A DNA stretch of 64,000 bases. Origin: an uncultured Bacteroidales bacterium. Its GTDB lineage: Bacteria; Bacteroidota; Bacteroidia; Bacteroidales; WCHB1-69. Shown here piece by piece: positions 62,587-64,000 of the stretch (its first letter is position 1; the number at the start of each line of letters is the position of its first letter). The translations under genes and the position numbers were made by a program. The DNA is taken from assembly GCA_900316305.1 (NCBI GenBank), contig ONCM01000005.1, positions 65,295 to 129,294 of the forward strand, read 5' to 3'. Under the pieces are notes generated by a model. That model saw only the letters and a list, made by a program, of their open reading frames with translations. It did not search any database and was not told where the DNA came from.

Positions 62587-63192
62587 TTATATTTGATTTT
62601 CTGGAGTTTCTGTTTGTGTGCTATCGGGCAAGTCGCCAATGTTCTTACCCACCACCAACGTGATTTTCTCCCCTTGCTTGATGGGTGTACCTTGCGCAAT
62701 GGAATGACCCTTGTAGAGCACTTCCAACACCACGTTCTCGTACGGACTCGGCTTTTCAATCACACGGTCCAACACCAACCCTTGAGATTCGATCATGATT
62801 TGCGCCTGACGAAGCGACAAATCCCTCAATTCCAACATTTTGATAGTGGGCGGCTCAGCGGCAGCCACGGTGAGATACACTTTTCGTCCGTGTTTGACCT
62901 TTTCACCGGGCAACGGGTTCTGCTTCAGCACCGTGCCTGGTTCCGCACCATTCTCGTACAACTCGTCACTGACTACGAAAACAAAACCTTCCGAACGTCC
63001 GTGCTGGGTAAGCTCTTCGGCTGACTGTCCCATGTACGAAGGCATCTCGATCTCACGTCCATGGCGCGTGAACAGTCTGAGAAACAGGATGGTAAGTATA
63101 AAAATAACTGCGGTGACCACTAAGGCCAACAGTATATGATATCCCACTTTGTCGGGGGTCAGTCTTCTTTTTTTAGTTGACGTTTTGTTCAT
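62587..63192 (-). CDS. PASTA-domain membrane protein
   Basis: N-terminal TM helix followed by two PASTA-like repeats ('GTVLKQNPLPGEKVKHGRKVYLTV'). Confidence 0.65.
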   Translation of the reverse strand: MNKTSTKKRRLTPDKVGYHILLALVVTAVIFILTILFLRLFTRHGREIEMPSYMGQSAEELTQHGRSEGFVFVVSDELYENGAEPGTVLKQNPLPGEKVKHGRKVYLTVAAAEPPTIKMLELRDLSLRQAQIMIESQGLVLDRVIEKPSPYENVVLEVLYKGHSIAQGTPIKQGEKITLVVGKNIGDLPDSTQTETPENQI

Positions 63193-63229
63193 GAGTACTA
63201 TTCTCTATAACGCTATATTTTTAAAGGTG

Positions 63230-63237
63230 CAAAGATA
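63230..63237 (-). promoter_or_regulatory. -7 promoter box (TATCTTTG)
   Basis: Plus strand reads caaagata, 38 nt upstream of ATG 63192. Confidence 0.5.
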
Positions 63238-63328
63238 CAATTTATATCCGAAACACAAACAAACGTGAAAAGTCAGAAATTAGTATCTGTAGAATGAATA
63301 AAAGTGTGGAATCGAAAAGTACTTTTTG

Positions 63329-63336
63329 TATTTTTG
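63329..63336 (+). promoter_or_regulatory. -7 promoter box (TATTTTTG)
   Basis: 40 nt upstream of ATG 63376. Confidence 0.5.
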
Positions 63337-63375
63337 CCCCGCGTATTATATTAGGGAAAAAATATACTGAAAGAT

Positions 63376-64000
63376 ATGAAAATAGGATTGATCAGGGAGA
63401 CCAAAAGTCCCGTTGACAACCGTGTTGCGCTGACTCCGGAACAGCTTTCCATCCTTCGGAAACGCTATCCTGATGATGCGTTTGTCGTGCAATCCAGCGA
63501 CACCCGCGTGTTTTCGGACAACGACTACCGCCAAGCCGGACTGACCGTTCAAGATCAGATCAACGACTGCGACATCCTACTGGGTATCAAGGAAGTAGAT
63601 ATCGAAAAACTTATCCCTAACAAGCACTATTTCTTCTTCGGACATTTCGCCAAACAACAGGTTTCAAACCGTCCGCTGCTACAAGCGCTTATCGAAAAAA
63701 AGATTACTTTTTCGGATTACGAGTACTTGGTAGACGACCATAACCATCGGCTCTGTGCCTTCGGATGGTGGGCGGGATTCGTAGGTGCATACTATACGCT
63801 GCGCGGTTATGGTTTGCGCTACGGCCGCTACGTTTTGCCGAAACCCGACCGGAATTTTTCCATGGACAAGCTGATCCACGCCCTGCGCTCGGTGGAACTG
63901 CCTTCCGTAAAACTGCTCGTGACCGGCAACGGCCGCGTGTCGAAAGGCGTGCAAGAACTGATGGAACAAATTGGGGCGGAACGGCTCTCCGAGGAAGAGT
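63376..64000 (+). CDS. Alanine/saccharopine dehydrogenase-like NAD(P) oxidoreductase (5' partial, runs off the window)
   Basis: It is absent from the ORF track because there is no stop codon before the window end. My own translation reads 'MKIGLIRETKSPVDNRVALTPEQ...LLGIKEV...'. Confidence 0.6.
   Translation, partial: MKIGLIRETKSPVDNRVALTPEQLSILRKRYPDDAFVVQSSDTRVFSDNDYRQAGLTVQDQINDCDILLGIKEVDIEKLIPNKHYFFFGHFAKQQVSNRPLLQALIEKKITFSDYEYLVDDHNHRLCAFGWWAGFVGAYYTLRGYGLRYGRYVLPKPDRNFSMDKLIHALRSVELPSVKLLVTGNGRVSKGVQELMEQIGAERLSEEE

Overview
The window looks like a chromosomal segment from a Bacteroidota (Bacteroidales-like) genome. Three things support this. More than 20 genes are preceded by the phylum-typical -7 promoter box TAnnTTTG. 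T9SS type-A and type-B C-terminal sorting domains are present. A PorP/SprF-like gene sits next to a PorE-like gene. G+C is about 50% by eye.

From about 16 kb to 64 kb the content is ordinary housekeeping: pepP-like, POT transporter, trxA, buk, nadK, ftsQAZ, pyrBI, tRNA-Cys, rarA, rsmA, waaA, pyrC, pgk, thyA, mrp, hydF, rimO and others.

The first ~16 kb is accessory and in flux. It holds pseB/pseC, a strongly AT-rich glycan-modification cassette, and five decayed genes or fragments. The five are a T9SS CTD relic, a GT2 relic, a KdsC-like pseudogene, a Fic gene with an in-frame TAG, and a broken Rpn-family nuclease gene. It also holds the most interesting object in the window: three tandem paralogous genes for FG-GAP beta-propeller proteins with T9SS type-B sorting domains, whose modules are shuffled between copies.

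Other notable points:
- rarA reads in frame, with no stop codon, into a PorP/SprF-like gene across a T10 homopolymer.
- At least 16 short arrays of degenerate 7-nt (one 11-nt) tandem repeats sit at gene ends.
- A family of GTAGAGACG...CGTCTCTAC palindromes occurs in six copies.

All calls come from reading the sequence and the ORF track. No searches were run, and identity percentages are by-eye estimates.
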